From positions 29,906,968-29,950,481 of the forward strand of contig JBOZIK010000001.1 of NCBI GenBank assembly GCA_051453625.1: a stretch of DNA of 43,514 nucleotides, written 5' to 3'. This DNA is from Welwitschia mirabilis. Its lineage: Eukaryota. This document shows positions 22,359 through 35,922 of this stretch, one piece after another (the first letter of the stretch is position 1; each line of letters opens with the position of its first letter). A model generated the notes under the pieces. The model saw only the letters and a program-made list of their open reading frames with translations, did no database searches and had not been told where the DNA came from. Made by a program: the position numbers and the translations under genes.

Positions 22359-23477
22359 ATGGGTGTTCTTTCTAACAGAATTAGCAGAGATGATCTTGCC
22401 GCAGGAGATCACATATATTCTTGGAGAACCGCATACACATACGCTCACCATGGTACTTTCCATTCTCTCTGTTTTGCCCCCATTTCTTTTCTTTTAATGT
22501 TTTTCATGGATTTTGTTTCTTTCGATTTGCGAAAAGTCACGCGGGTGATATAGCAGCTCGATTTGTTTATCGTAGATTTTGTACAGCCAGGAATTCTCTG
22601 TTAGCTTAGATTTGTTCTTGAGAAAGTTTTGCACAGTACATTTGATATTATTGAATACATTTTAGGTTTACTATGTTGAAACCCTAATGCAGTGTAAGGC
22701 TTTGTGTCTCGATTGTTCATTCTCAATTCTCGACGTGATCTTTTGTGTGTTCTTTTTCTGAGGATTGAACCAGGTCTGCTTGAGGTTTAGTTGTAAGATA
22801 TCGATTAATTGATCGTTAATATTTTGACTGATGTTTTCTAAGGGATTTACATGGGAGATGGAAGCGTTATTCACTTCACCAGAGGGCGAGGTGAAGAACT
22901 TGGCACTGGAACCGTCCTGGACGTGCTTCTGATGAGTTCAGGACCGTCTCATACGGCCGAGGACTGTCAAAATTGTAGCCAACGAAATGCTACGGGAGTT
23001 ACGAGATCTTGTCTGGATTGTTTCCTTGCTGGAGGAGCTTTATACAGATTTGAATACAATGTCACTCCCGCTTTCTTTCTTGCGAAAGCAAGAGGAGGAA
23101 CCTGCACTCTCGCTGCATCGGATCCTCCCGAAGCCGTTGTGTATCGAGCAAAATATCTACTAGACAACGGATTTGGTTGTTATAACATCTTTAAGAACAA
23201 CTGCGAAGATTTCGCAATTTATTGCAAGACAGGTTTACTTGTCATTGATAGGAATGCAATCGGAAGAAGCGGACAGGCGGCATCGTTTTTAGGCGCTCCG
23301 TTTGCTGCTGTCTTTTCAACTCCCTTGAGATTTTTTACCACTGATGTGCCTGGCATTACCGCCGTTGCAATAGGAACGTATTGCCTGAGTCGGTATGCAG
23401 CTGATATGGGTGTTCGGAAGGATGTTTCAAAGATAGCTGTTGAAAAGTTGGTCACAAAACTTGGCTTGAAGGCCTAA
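22359..23477 (+). CDS. PSE1: LRAT/NC-domain protein (permuted NlpC/P60 fold), LEAD-SENSITIVE 1 (PSE1)-like; join(22359..22452,22843..23477), 242 aa
   Basis: Exon 1 MGVLSNRISRDDLAAGDHIYSWRTAYTYAHH-G splices in phase 1 to GIYMGDGSVIHFTRG...GFGCYNIFKNNCEDFAIYCKTG. The HHG, IHF and NNCE catalytic motifs are intact, the intron is GT-AG, and there are no stops. Orthology versus plant paralogues is not established. Confidence 0.95.
22453..22842 (+). other. 390-nt phase-1 intron of the PSE1-like gene
   Basis: G|GTACTT donor, CTGAT branch-like motif at about 22828, TTTTCTAAG acceptor. T-rich. Splicing restores HHGIY. Contains an exact telo-box AAACCCTAA at 22679-22687. Confidence 0.93.
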
Positions 23478-26400
23478 CAGATTAGCACAGCCAGTCCTTC
23501 AAAGCTGCTGCGATGCCCTCCTTAAGAGTTTGTGGTGTTGGATGGTTAGTTATCTACTACATAGTAATTCCGTGTGTGTAAGACAAATGGAAAGCATAAT
23601 AAGCAGGTAAGCCTTTGACTGATGAGCGATTGTTATATTTCCTTGCCTGAAGCTTATGTGTCTGCGTATGTTTTATCTTTTTGTCTGTTTAACTGAGTTG
23701 TTTATATGCCCAGAATATGTCTGTAATATTTCTGATATCTAAAACCTTTTGAATTTGAGAAAATACTTCTGTTGACTTTTAAATCGTTACAACTGGAATT
23801 TTACATAAATATTTGCTTTGCATCGCTTTTTCCTTTTCCGAAACAAAGCTATTTGAGGGAGTAAGTACATGAACCTCCCACAAAAAGCTTATGCATAACT
23901 TTTGTTTCTGTGAAAATAGAAGCCATTGCCTATTCCTGACCTTTTTTTGACAATGACGAAATCCTTCTGCAATGAGAAAATAGTGATGCCACCTTTTCTA
24001 TGTTGTTTCTCGTTATTAGCTTAGTTATTAGCTTAGTGAAGAGAAGAATTATAAGAATTTATCATTTAGCTTAATGAAGAGGAGAATTATGAGATTTTAA
24101 TGTTCTGTATTCCATTTTAATTGATATCTGTTTCCAAGCACCATTTGCATTACGGATGAGCATACACTTTTCCAGAAATTTACATTATGAGCTTTGTTGC
24201 TCATAATTAACTCGATACAGAGAATAGACATAGTATCTTAAAGCTTCTTAATCAGTTTATATTGGTTTCTAGTGATAATTAATATTTACAATATGGATGA
24301 TCAAAATGTTTAATTTTGCAGTCACTAGGTAATATTTAGTTGCAATAATGAAATTGGTCATGCTTTTATAGGCATCCAACTTTAGGCGACAGATCCTTCC
24401 AACATACAATGCATAAAATTATGCAAATGCCACTAAAAAAATGTTTCCAAAGGGATTACAGAGTGCAAGAAAAAGATTTAACAGTAGTGCAGATGATGTC
24501 AATCAATTGCTGTTGCAGTCAACGAGCTGTGATTCACTGTTAATTTTGGAGACAGAAACTTAACTATAGATGTTAACAGGCAGCCTGTCCAAGCTGTATG
24601 CAAGCACTACAGTTACCTAGCTTGACCAATACTTAAGCACTGGGTAAATAAGCATGAACTTATACCCTTGAATGAGAGCAGTGTCATTGGATGTGTTCTA
24701 CAGACTACTTGAATAACATACAATGTTCTGTCTAGAGCTTCCTTAGTTAAATGCACTAATTTCCTATGGTTTAGAAATGCATATAGCTTATTCTGAACAT
24801 CAAAACTAGTGCTCATAAGTTCAAATAAGCTATAATGCAAATTAAATATCCATTGAAATTTGTGCTGTACACTGAGGTACATGTTTGTTGTGAATCATAT
24901 GTTAGTTGTAATGGTGTTTATGACAAAACAGTAGCAGAGAAAGCAATTTGGCTTCATGTATGTTATATTCACTTTCAGTTCTGGAACTTTGTTCTAAATT
25001 CTTTTTTGCCTGATTTCTTGTGATTGTTCCATTGTGTTTGCTGGTATTAGATTGATATCCAACGCTCCTAATCAACGTTTTTGATGCTATTCATACTCAT
25101 TACCATTAAAATTCTTAGAATGATATAATCATTCGTTTGCTGTTTTCACAATGCAAACTTTTCTGATGGATTGAATAAAAGACATATTTCATGTTTTCAA
25201 TATCCTACCTTCTTTATTTTTTATTACCTTGTTATTGCTGTCAGAGTGAAGCTAAATGTAACATATAGTTTATTCCTTATTTGAAATGTTATATTTTAAA
25301 AATGGCCCCGTGTTTGATGTAATAAGGTGATAATGTTATAACATCACGTTGGGGTGTCTGTGCCCTTTTACTGTAAAAGTAATAGATAGAATAAGATGAA
25401 AGTTAAGAGGAGATATTGTTTTTATAATTTGTATGGTGGCCTTAGAGATATTTAAAATTCCTTTTAGGGTTGTGGGGCTTTTCCTTTGGATTGCTTCTAC
25501 TTCTTAGTGAAGCCCAAGAAGAATAGACCTCTGCACTTCTTCCCCTGTATGTAAGCTAATAAACAAAAACATGTTATATCCATGCCGGTTCTGTTTGTGC
25601 TTATACTTTTTATTTCTGTTTGCTTGCTTGTTTTCATAACAGTTGCCCCTGCAGTTGCTTTTTTCTTTCCTGTTTCTAAAGGCTAACTAGTCTCCTAAAA
25701 AAATGCTGGAATAATGGAATGCCATGAAGGAAGTGAAATCTGAAGTGAATCGTGTTTCTCCTTCCAGATAGCTATGCTGTTAACAGCATGTGGGTTTTGA
25801 AGTAAATTTTCAATCCATATTTGAACAAATATGGAAAATGGACACAAATTTTCTAATCGAAATTCCATGCATGAATCAAAACTCAAACATATAAAATCTC
25901 CTTCAAGAATGTTTAACAAAAAATGGTTAGAATTATAGAATACAAAAGCATCGAGATCACATTGACCAAGCAGTACCAAAGATGCTCTCTCTTCTAGAAG
26001 CACTTAGGATCACCGAATTGAAGCACAGGCAATGACACAAGGTTACCAAATGGATTCCCATGTAACTATTGGTGGAAGCTGATCTTTAGTCAGCACTCTG
26101 CACTGAATCTAACTGCATTTGAGATTTGGGAGCAGTTGTGAATTTTAATGCTATAACGAGGACTGTATTCTGCATTCTGCTTCAACGTGAATATGGTGGC
26201 AGTGTGTGACTTAACATGGTGTTTTATGAAACTGGCAACTGTATGACCAAGATTTAGTTATTAAGCATGCAAAATCTTTGGTGACCTAAATGATTAAATC
26301 TTTTTGTGAGAACCTACTTTTGGAGATTTATCAGGAGCTGTGATTTTAAACTTATCAAGCTGGTGAACTTCCTAGCAAATAAAGCTCTGATGTGTTTTGT

Positions 26401-26499
26401 ATGAGGAAACAAGCGTAAACACCTCAAGTAAGAGTTCTTCTTCTTCTTCTTTCTTCATGAGGTTAGTGATGGGTGAAATGACAATGAATTGATTAATTA

Positions 26500-27550
26500 G
26501 AGCCTCTAAGCTTGGATCATCTCCAAGGATGAAAATAAGGATCAGGGTCCTCTAGTTGAAGACATTGTTGGAAGGAGTTGAAGGCTGAGAACTGAGATTT
26601 GGGTCCTGGAAATGGCATTTAAGATGGAGCTGACAGATGGTGCTATGTTACGTCTGTAGGAGGTTAGATTCGATGATTACCAAGCCAAACAGTCTAACCT
26701 CAAGTTGCATTTTACTAGTGGTCGAACACAAGGTATGCTCAGATATATTAAGGCCTGGTTACAAGAAAGCTGATTTTGAAGAGTATACATGGGGGTTTTG
26801 ACATCGTTAAACTAGTTTTGCAGTGTAAAGGTGGAAGAAAAGCTCAAAATGAATGATTTTGCTATTGAAGTCTGTTAAGAGCACATCTAAAGTTCTAGGC
26901 ATGACTTAGTTGCAAGCGCTCTTGGATCCAAGTTGTACAAAATAGGCCTAAAAATTACAAGTCTAGATCTAATGGCTAGTTGAGATAGAGTTGAAAGTTT
27001 CAGGATGGATATTGAAGTTTTAAGGTTGACAGGAAAGCGCAGCTTGGATATAGTCTGAGATGTTTTAAGACCTTCATATATTTTTGCATTTTTTGCGTTA
27101 CAAGTTATCCTACATTCTGGTCTGTGAGAACAGTTCTCTGGATTTGAATTGGAAGAGGTGGGAACGTTCTTAGTGGTGATTTGATGAGACAATGAATAAA
27201 TTTAATTTTTGGTTTCTAATTACTTATTAGACCTGGACTTTCAAGGAAGACCTTTATCATCAATGCCTTCCTTTCGGAGGCCGTGGTTAGAAGTCATGAT
27301 GCGTCTGTCAAGATAACTTCATTCTTTGATAGAATCATAGTTGATTTCAATGCTCTTTCCTATCCTTTCACAAGGAAGACAAAGCTTCTTGTGTGGGTTT
27401 AATTACGATTCTCACAGGAGAATATAAAACAATTTTTTCTGCTTTGGCCAAAGCCTTTGTTTACTAGACATTTATTTCTCTATTTGACATAGAGTTCCAG
27501 TATTGTATTGATTACGGAGATCAGTAAAGCATGCCAGCAACTTGTCATTG
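26500..27550 (+). mobile_element. Possible degenerate L1 ORF1 (DUF4283-like) remnant
   Basis: RPWL at about 27278, VDFNALSYPFTRKTKLLVWV*L at about 27340-27405 and SALAKAF at about 27438 resemble the DUF4283 pattern GPW...DFNP...VWVRLP. Weak and fragmented. Confidence 0.3.
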
Positions 27551-28247
27551 TCGAATTACTCATCTGCAAATCTATAAAACTGTAGCTTACATAATATAGA
27601 AACGAAGAAAGCACATAGAATTCCAGCTACCTAGCTTTTCCGTAACTGCTACTATGTAGAGTGCAAAACATCGTATATATGATTGTTGTTGCCTCACGCT
27701 TTTTGGTTGTGTGTGAAACTGGTATATTCCTTTATGTTTTCTACTCCAAATTCATTTCAGGTTTTAATTGTATTCAAGCTAGGCTTGTTTGGTGTAAGCT
27801 TTAACTGTTTTTGTGTAGATCGTAGGCACGATTTGGACATTTGGTGGCCAAACCTCAAGAAAGCATAGGCCAGTTATAAGTTTTCATTCAACCAAGCTAA
27901 CTAATGACTATTACGACTGTGGTATAGTTTTCCATGACTTGACTTTAAAAAAATAAAAAAAACCATGATTTAGCATGTTACTATTTTCTTTTGCATGAGG
28001 AGTGAGGTGGTTCTCTAACCTACGTGTTTGAATAGAGTCAAAACTCATGGCTTCATTTAGACAATTTAAAGTGGTCATTTCTGTATATAATTCTTCTTAG
28101 ATTTATGTTAAAATTTGGTAAAATGATTTTTTCTTATTAAAAATTATTGAGCTATTTGTGTACTTTCTCTTCCACATTACCAACATTCTCATAGGAATAC
28201 CTAATTTCAAGACATTGCCAGAAGTCTACTGTTATCACTTTTTACAT

Positions 28248-28368
28248 ACAGAAAGCCATTATGAAGCTTTACTCTTTTTTGGAATTGAGTTTGGGTTTTT
28301 CTTGTGCAGCTTAGGTAGGGGACAAGGAAGGACCTATTGTGGGGGGCTGAAGCCATTAGTGAGATACC
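28248..28368 (+). pseudogene. rrn23: NUPT: decayed fragment of plastid 23S rRNA (rrn23)
   Basis: acagaaagccattatgaagctttactctttttt ggaattgagtttgggtttttcttgtgcagcttaggtagggg...ggggggctgaagccattagtgagatacc is colinear with plastid 23S as I recall it (ACAGAAAGACCCTATGAAGCTT.ACTGTTCCCTGGGATTGGCTTTGGGC.TTTCCTGCGCAGCTTAGGTGG...GAGCCATCAGTGAGATACC). Many differences are C>T or G>A. Confidence 0.85.
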
Positions 28369-28759
28369 TTTCCTTAGCACTTGATGAACAATTTAATCCA
28401 AATCTATTCGAAGAGATGTAGTAAAAGATTTGTTTGGAGGATTGAAGACCTTTCCTCTATTATACTTAGATATTTATTCTTTTCGTTTTAGACTTTGATC
28501 TAATTGCTTCTTAATGGCTGTAAAAGTTGTGGAAAACCCAAAAGCATGCAACTATAACAATTTAGGCTCCACAATATTTTTCACACCCAAAAAGGGAGGT
28601 TATTTGATAGTGAATCATGAACTTCGAAAACCTAAAAGGGTGGACTTAAGTGGAATTGGAGTGTTCAAGGTAGTTTAACTGCTTTATCTTTAAATGTTTT
28701 GAATACATGGTCAAGAAAGATAGTACACAACACATTATTAAGAATATATTAGTTTAGTC

Positions 28760-31700
28760 AAGCAAAAGATCAGAATTCTAAATGTTCATAAAAAATGATT
28801 TCTACTCCAAAATCACAATGGATGGCTATGAGTTCACAAGTTGAAGCTATGTCAGCATGACTTGAGGTTTTAAAATGATTAATGGCAAATTTGTCTTCAA
28901 AAAACTGATACCCATCATGAAGAGGTTGTTGATAATGGGTCAAAAAGAAGAATATTTTGAAAACAAAGATAGAGATGATATGAAAATGTTGATCTATAAG
29001 GCTATTTTGGAGCAAGAGAAGAATGAAAAAGCTCTTAATCTTTGAATTGTGGGCATTATAGAAAATGAAAATCAAGATTCATCCACAAAAATGTTAGAAT
29101 TCTTTTGAAAGGAGATGTGCATTTTAGACAGACCCAAAAAGAAAATAAAGGTGATAGATCTTGGTGTATATCATCAAGTTTCAAGATTTAGAATCTTAAA
29201 CTATAAGCAATGTAAAAGGGAAAACATTATGGATTAATGAAGATTTCATGAAAAAAGAATTTGCACAGGAAGCAGAAGGACGGAAAAAGGTAAAGGCTGT
29301 TAGAACAAAACGCAAAAGTGCATATTTGAATGACAAAAATATAACAGTAATTAAAAAAGATAAAATTCAAAAAAGGGCTTTAAGTATTATGTCATGGCTT
29401 CTTAACATTAATGGTGGCTTTGTAAATAAGGTAACAACTTTGGATAGTATGTTTTTTTAATGATTTTTGATATCTTTGGTTTTGTTTAAAGATGAGCTCA
29501 TGACTATTCAAAAGAAGTTTATATCCTATGATTTTTTAAGTTTTCTGTTTTTAATCATAGAGAAAGCAGAAGAGGTCGATCTTTTGATGAAATCACTTAC
29601 ATTGTCAAAAATAGTATCAAAAAATTTGTTGAAATAGTATAAAAAAATTTGTTGATATTGTTGTGATCGACAAGCATAAGCAATTCATTTGGCTTAAAAT
29701 CTCTCATTGCTCTAATGAATTTCATTTGGGTTTCTATTATTTCGCATCCAATGGTGTTTTATTCTGTAATCATTTAAGAATATCTGACGATCTTCCTTTT
29801 GTTTATTTGAAGATAGCGTTTTAAGAATTTTAGATAAAAGAGATATTTCTGTCTATGGTGATTTTAATGCAAAAGTTAGTAAAAGTCAAGTTGGAATGTT
29901 AAAATGGGAGCAAGTTAATGGTTGGATNNNNNNNNNNNNNNNNNNNNNNNNNNNNNNNNNNNNNNNNNNNNNNNNNNNNNNNNNNNNNNNNNNNNNNNNN
30001 NNNNNNNNNNNNNNNNNNNNNNNNNNNTAAAAGTCAAGTTGGAATGTTAAAATGGGAGCAAGTTAATGGTTGGATAGATGATTATACTCATGATCATTAA
30101 GTTTGATCTTCATCATATGAAGAGTTCAATGAAATAGAAAAAACGTTTCTTTCATAGTTCTAGAGTATGGTATCTTCTTATTCTTAATGATGTGAGAATT
30201 TTCCCAAAAGTAGGTTTGCTCGCTTTTATAGGGCCCCAAGGAAATTTTTGCATTAATTTTCTTCTAGCTAATCGACAAACTATTCATTTGATTCAAAATT
30301 TTAAAGTTTGTGATGCATTGGTTGAATTCAAACATTATCTCTTAGATTTCACTATTGCAACTAGCTTGAAAAATTAAGGTGGCAAAAAATTTAAGATCCA
30401 TTAAATCATTACAAAAAGATTTAAAAGATAGGTATTATGATGAACTGCAAAAATGTTGGATAGTGATCATTCATAAGGGAGATATTTTCAAACTCTTTTA
30501 CAGGATTCCAAAGAAGCAGGCAGATTTCAAAAAGGGAAAGCTCGAAAAAGATGTTTAATGCAAAATGCAAGAATGCGAGATTAGAAATGGAAAGGCAAAC
30601 AAATGAACAAAGAGATGTAATAATAAAAGATTATAAGAGATGTGCCTTTATGAAAGAGTAATAAGCTCAATTTGTCCAAATGGTTAGAAATGAGCCTAAA
30701 AAATTCTAGTAATTGTTTTAAATTAGAAAGGAAGAGTTTAAAGTTTCCTTTAAGAACATTAAATGATTCTTTAAAAATCTTTTAGTTTCGACTGAACAAA
30801 AAAGTGTATGTTATTTTTTTGTGCCAACATCTAGATAACTTTCAATGAAGTTGAAGAAGGCATTTAAAAAACTCATTATTAATAAGACAATAGACGACTT
30901 TGGTCTTTATGCGAAGTTTCTTAAAGGAGGAGGAAGTCCTATTTATGAAGCAATATGAAATAACTCAAATGAAAGTCTTCAAAACAAAAAATGGAGAACT
31001 GACAAAGTTGTGACTCCCTTCGAAAGGGTAACGAAGCAGATTTGATTAGTTATAAATTCATTGTCATGAGTAATTAGTTTTTCTAAGCTTGGGAACTATA
31101 TTGGAAAGAAGAGTTTGTAAGTGGATAGAGGAAAACAAAATGAGAGCAATTTCACAGACAGGTTTTCATCAAAATCATTTTGCCATTAACCACTTAGTCA
31201 CTCTTCATTACTACTTGGATTTTGTGAAGAAACCTAGAAAAATGGTTTCCATTTTTCTCTTATGATCTCAATCAAAGGCTTATGATGTAGTAGCATTGAT
31301 TCAATATAAGTATGCATACAGATCTTCTTTCTGGTATTCAAATATTATATGAAGAAGTTATCATTAGATTTGAAGATGTTAATTCAATGAGTCTTTTAGT
31401 GAAATTGGAGTAAGACAAGGATGCCCTCTTCTTCCTACCTTATTGATAATTTTTATTGATGAATTGGAGGAATGGATTCATGATATTGCCACATATCACT
31501 CTATTAAGATAAGTGGTTTGCTAATAAATCTTCCCCTTTATATAGATGATGCCACATGTGTTTCAATGTCTGGTAGAGATCTAAAGATATGCTTTGGATG
31601 AATTTTGCAATAATTCAAGTTTGAGTGAATGTTGAGAAACCTAAATCACATGTTGTAAAAATAGAAGCAAAGATTAAAAATTTGTGCTTGGTCATAAACC

Positions 31701-32675
31701 AATACAATTGCTTTCCTTTAAGAAATGCTTGGGTCTTCATTACTCCCAAAATTATAAATGTTGTAGATATGTGCATAAACAAATCACATGTACTCTAAAG
31801 GCTCTTTATTCCTTAATTAACAAAGGTGGAAAATTAAGCATGTGGTCTTGGAAAGTTCGTAAGTAGCTTGTTTAAAAAAATTGTTATTCCAATTATTCTC
31901 TACAAAGTGTTGGTAGGGGGACTTGATCTTTCAAAGAATTTATGGAAACCAATCGAGCATGTATAAAAGAAATAGTTGTCTTTGGAGTTTTAAGTAAAAT
32001 CTCAAACATCATATGAAATGTTGCTATTTGAAGCTAATTACCTTTGGAGGTCGAAGCCATTTGGCAATCTTTGGTTTATATTCAAAGGCCTTAAAATTTT
32101 AAAGGAATTAAAAATTTTCAAAGGCAGTTTTACATGCACCTCAATATAACAACTGACTTGAGGTGGTTGTTTTTAGAAATAATGCAAACCAAATTCAAAT
32201 GATAGTTTAACAAAAAGCATTACTAAAAATCTCCTCCAACTTAGATTAGAAGAAAAAAATTTATTTTGACAAGATTAGATAAGGGAACTTTATCCATAAA
32301 CCCTTTTATTTGACCACCACAATTCCAGCTAACATCAAAGGATTAATTAGTAGAGTAAGAATGCATCCTCAAATTGGAATAGGAAGATCATATAATATTC
32401 CAAAGAAGCAACAAACATGCAGTTTATGTTTAACTAAAGCCATTGAAGATGAAAAACATGTTTTCCTTCAATGCTCTGGAACTTTTTTGTTAAGAGCAAA
32501 ATGGACTATAGCTGTAGACAGTTTTTATGCTTTGTTTCAACTACCACCATTCTATCTTGGTTATTATTTTGAGGCGGCTTATTCAAATTATTTTAACTTG
32601 TAACTTTTTCTGTCCTATAGATCCTATGAATCTTTATAGACATAATAGAAATATTCCATTTTCCACTTTCCATAA
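28760..32675 (+). mobile_element. Degenerate near full-length non-L1 LINE (RTE-X/L2-like): ORF1 + EN-RT-CCHC ORF2
   Basis: ORF1-like KALNL*IVGIIENENQD at about 29030 and AYLNDKNIT at about 29320. EN IMSWLLNING at about 29385 and GDFNAKV at 29857. RT QTGFHQNHFAINHLVTL at about 31155, GVRQGCPLLPTL at 31407 and LYIDD at about 31536. C-terminal CSLC...EDEKHVFLQC at about 32418-32475. Short ttcca-repeat tail at about 32654-32673. Clade assignment is tentative. Confidence 0.85.
29928..30027. other. Assembly gap (100 N) with identical 48-bp flanks (contig overlap)
   Basis: 29880-29927 is identical to 30028-30075. Confidence 0.95.
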
Positions 32676-33799
32676 AAGTGTAGTGTAATGTAAGAGAAGC
32701 ACGAAAAATAAATTAAACAGGACTACTTATTGTGTTGCCAAATACTAGAGGTACATAAATTACAAAGGCTTTTATCACTATTAGAAGAGCATCATCCAAC
32801 ATAAAGTAGTTAACTTATTAATTTAGGTTTCTACATGAAATGATTATAAATGTTATTGAAGAAGCCTTAATATTACATATTTTATTCATAAAAGATAGCT
32901 AGTTAATATCGTGACAAATAGATATATACTCTAGAGGGGGAAAATTACTAAGGAGGCACACTTTAGTAGTTGTGATCTTCTATTGTCTTAATGTTGAATG
33001 TGTAACTTTGGATGCTTTTAAAGGGATATCACTTCTAGGGTTAATATTATATTAGTCGCCATAAATCCTACTTTTAACTTTTCTAAGAAAATAAAAGAAT
33101 GTGAAATCTGAGGCACATGAAAAAAGTCTTTAACAGTTAAAAAACTAGAGGGGCTTTTATGATTAGAAAAGAGACAAAACTTTTAAAAACTAAGGGTGTT
33201 TAAGCATTTAAAAATACTCATTTCAGAAGATCAAATTTTAATGAAAGAAATTAAAGGTGAGGTTCATAGTTAGAAAGGACGTTGAAAATTCATAATCATA
33301 AGCATAGTAGGATATAGTGTCACATGTCCAAGCACCTATTTTGAAAGCTCTATGAATCTCAACTAGGGATGTAATTTTTAAATTTTCTCTAAAATGGGAT
33401 AAAATAGTGGAGATTCATTTGAAGTTGCACAAAAATCTTTAAGCATTTCTAAAAAGAAGTTAAATACACAATTGCCCTTACAAGAGCTTTCAATGGAAAA
33501 CACATATGAATTGGTAATAATCTTCACATATTTAAATGCATTTAACCAATTCGTATGAGATTTAATTTATCTAAATTAAGCTTTAAGCAATGTTTTAATG
33601 TGCTTTGGTACCTTGATAAGTTCCTTAGCTCATAACCAAAATAGCCATGTGACATGTCATTAACATGAAATACAAACAATTTACAAGAAATGATTACAAG
33701 ATTTATATAAGAAACCAACCTAGAAGACTCACAAAGTTTAACTATAGTAATGAAATAGAAATGATTAATAGCTAATAAACCCATAATAAGGGCATCATC

Positions 33800-34202
33800 A
33801 ATTAAATACTAATTTTAAATAATACTTTTGGAGATAGTAATGAAAATAAAGGTTTAATATAGTTTATTAATTTTGGTGGTAGTAAATAAATAGTTATGAG
33901 TTTTAATATTCTAAAAGCCTTTCATATAATTTACAATGTTACACTTGGCATACAAAATGAACATAGGATACATTAAGAAAAGGAGTAATAGATAACAAAC
34001 TCATTGTAAGGTAATTATTAGTAAATTATTTGTTTTAAATAATACCTTTAGAGATAGTAATGAAAATAATGATTTATTATAGTATAGTGATTTTGGCACT
34101 CGATAGATAGCCAAGAATCTTAATGCACTGACTACTTTTTATGCAATTTATAATGTTTCAATTAACAGTAAATGGACATAGGACATATTATGAATAGATT
34201 GA
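33800..34202. repeat. Diverged tandem repeat of about 219 bp (2 copies visible, ends at the 10-N gap 34203-34212)
   Basis: ttttaaataatac.ttt.gagatagtaatgaaaataa at about 33813 and 34033; aaatg.acatagga at about 33955 and 34170. Confidence 0.8.
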
Positions 34203-34859
34203 NNNNNNNNNNTTTGTAACATTATGTAGTAAATAATAAATATATTAACATAATAATGTTTATTACTCATTCACATTTCAACATAAATAATTTTTATCTT
34301 ACAGTTTCAAGGATTTGGTCATAGATTAACTTCTGTGTGGTTTATACTTACAAAGCCCATAAAATAGTTGATTTATTTGAAGTCTTATCGAAACCTCTAG
34401 ACTTTTTTTTACAAATGACATCTTTGAGGCTTCTTCCATATACATTTCTTTTGTGGAAGAAATTCTTAAGGTCTTTATGGAGATAATAAAAAATTTTGGT
34501 TGCATTTTCAATTTCATACTTGTGATACTATCAAAGTTTATATGGCAATGCCATTAACATTATCTACATTGGCTATATTCACAAAATTATATCAATACAT
34601 ATGACAACCTAACAAATCTTTGAAATAAGAAACTTGAGAATATTGGGCTTTGATATCTTAATATTATCCATAAGGGGCAAAAGAAACATCAAAACTAAAA
34701 ATAGCTAATGTACTCCATATGTGCAATTGTGCATGAAGGCAAGCATCATAAAATTCTATTACCCAATTATATAAACCAAAGACAAGAAAACATTTAAACC
34801 TTATTTATTTTGATGGTGGGATTATGTGCTAATGTACTAACTAAGCGAAGTTATGACTT

Positions 34860-35738
34860 TTTGTGATTCAACAAGGTATTTTTCATAAAACATAAAGCAG
34901 AGTCACTAGACTATTTCATTTGGTTTTATAGAATAATTTAGCATGAAATTTAACACTATCACCATATTAACCATCCTAAGAATTAAAATATTTACCTGAT
35001 GATCCTTGTCTTATAAATAATGTTTGTGTGGAACATGTGCTCAGGAAGTGGAAGAGATTGGTAAAGATGAGGGAGAAAGGCATGAAGGAGATGCAAAGCC
35101 ATCATAACACACATAGCTCTGTGTGTGTAATGCACGAGAGTGTGTGTGTTGCACTTGCTAGGTTCATTAGTTTTCTTTGTCAAATGAAAACACATGGGTA
35201 ACACTTATCAGCTTGGAACCTAATCATTAAATGTTTAAGCCTAGTTATCATACATTATATATACATAGATATGTTTGTAGTACACTTGCTAAGGTCATTG
35301 GTGAGCTTGACCAAATGAAAACACAAAGGTAACCCTTCTTAGTTTAGGAGCTAGGCATAAAATGTGGAGGTCTTCTAACTTGCACCGTAAGGATTACCTA
35401 TAGTAAGTTAAAGTTATTACCTAATACTTATAGGTGATTTTATACAATTCAACTACATATTTCTTATAAAACATAAAGATGATTCATTAGAATATTTCAC
35501 TTAATCACATAAAATAGTTTAACATGAAATGTCACATTATTATCATCTTAGCAGTCTAGAGAGTCAAAATTTTACATGATAGTACCTATTTAAAGATAAC
35601 ACATTTATGGAGCATATGTTGAAGTGGAAATCATGGGTGAAAAAGACATGGGATGGAGAGATGATGATAAAAAGAAGAGAAAAATAATTTAAGAAGATGT
35701 AAAGATCTTGTGTCTATTACCATAATAGCATACACAAC

Positions 35739-35788
<50 letters not shown>

Positions 35789-35870
35789 CGCGCGCGCGTG
35801 CTTGTGTGTGTCCATGTGTGTGCCTATGTGTGCATGCATGCATGTGTGTGTCTCTCTGTGTGTGTGTGTA

Positions 35871-35922
<52 letters not shown>

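Noticed and set aside
22221-23455. Overlapping and antisense ORFs around the PSE1-like gene, and a start at Met 22851
   Set aside because: Shadow ORFs of GC-richer coding DNA. The protein needs exon 1 (HHG motif) from ATG 22359.
24613-26003. ORFs of 62-102 aa downstream of the gene
   Set aside because: No recognisable domains and no coherent coding exon chain.
28248-28368. Functional rRNA gene or bacterial contamination
   Set aside because: Only about 120 bp, heavily mutated, plastid-type and embedded in nuclear sequence.
29880-30075. Perfect 48-bp direct repeat
   Set aside because: Identical sequence on both sides of a 100-N gap inside a decayed LINE indicates contig overlap.
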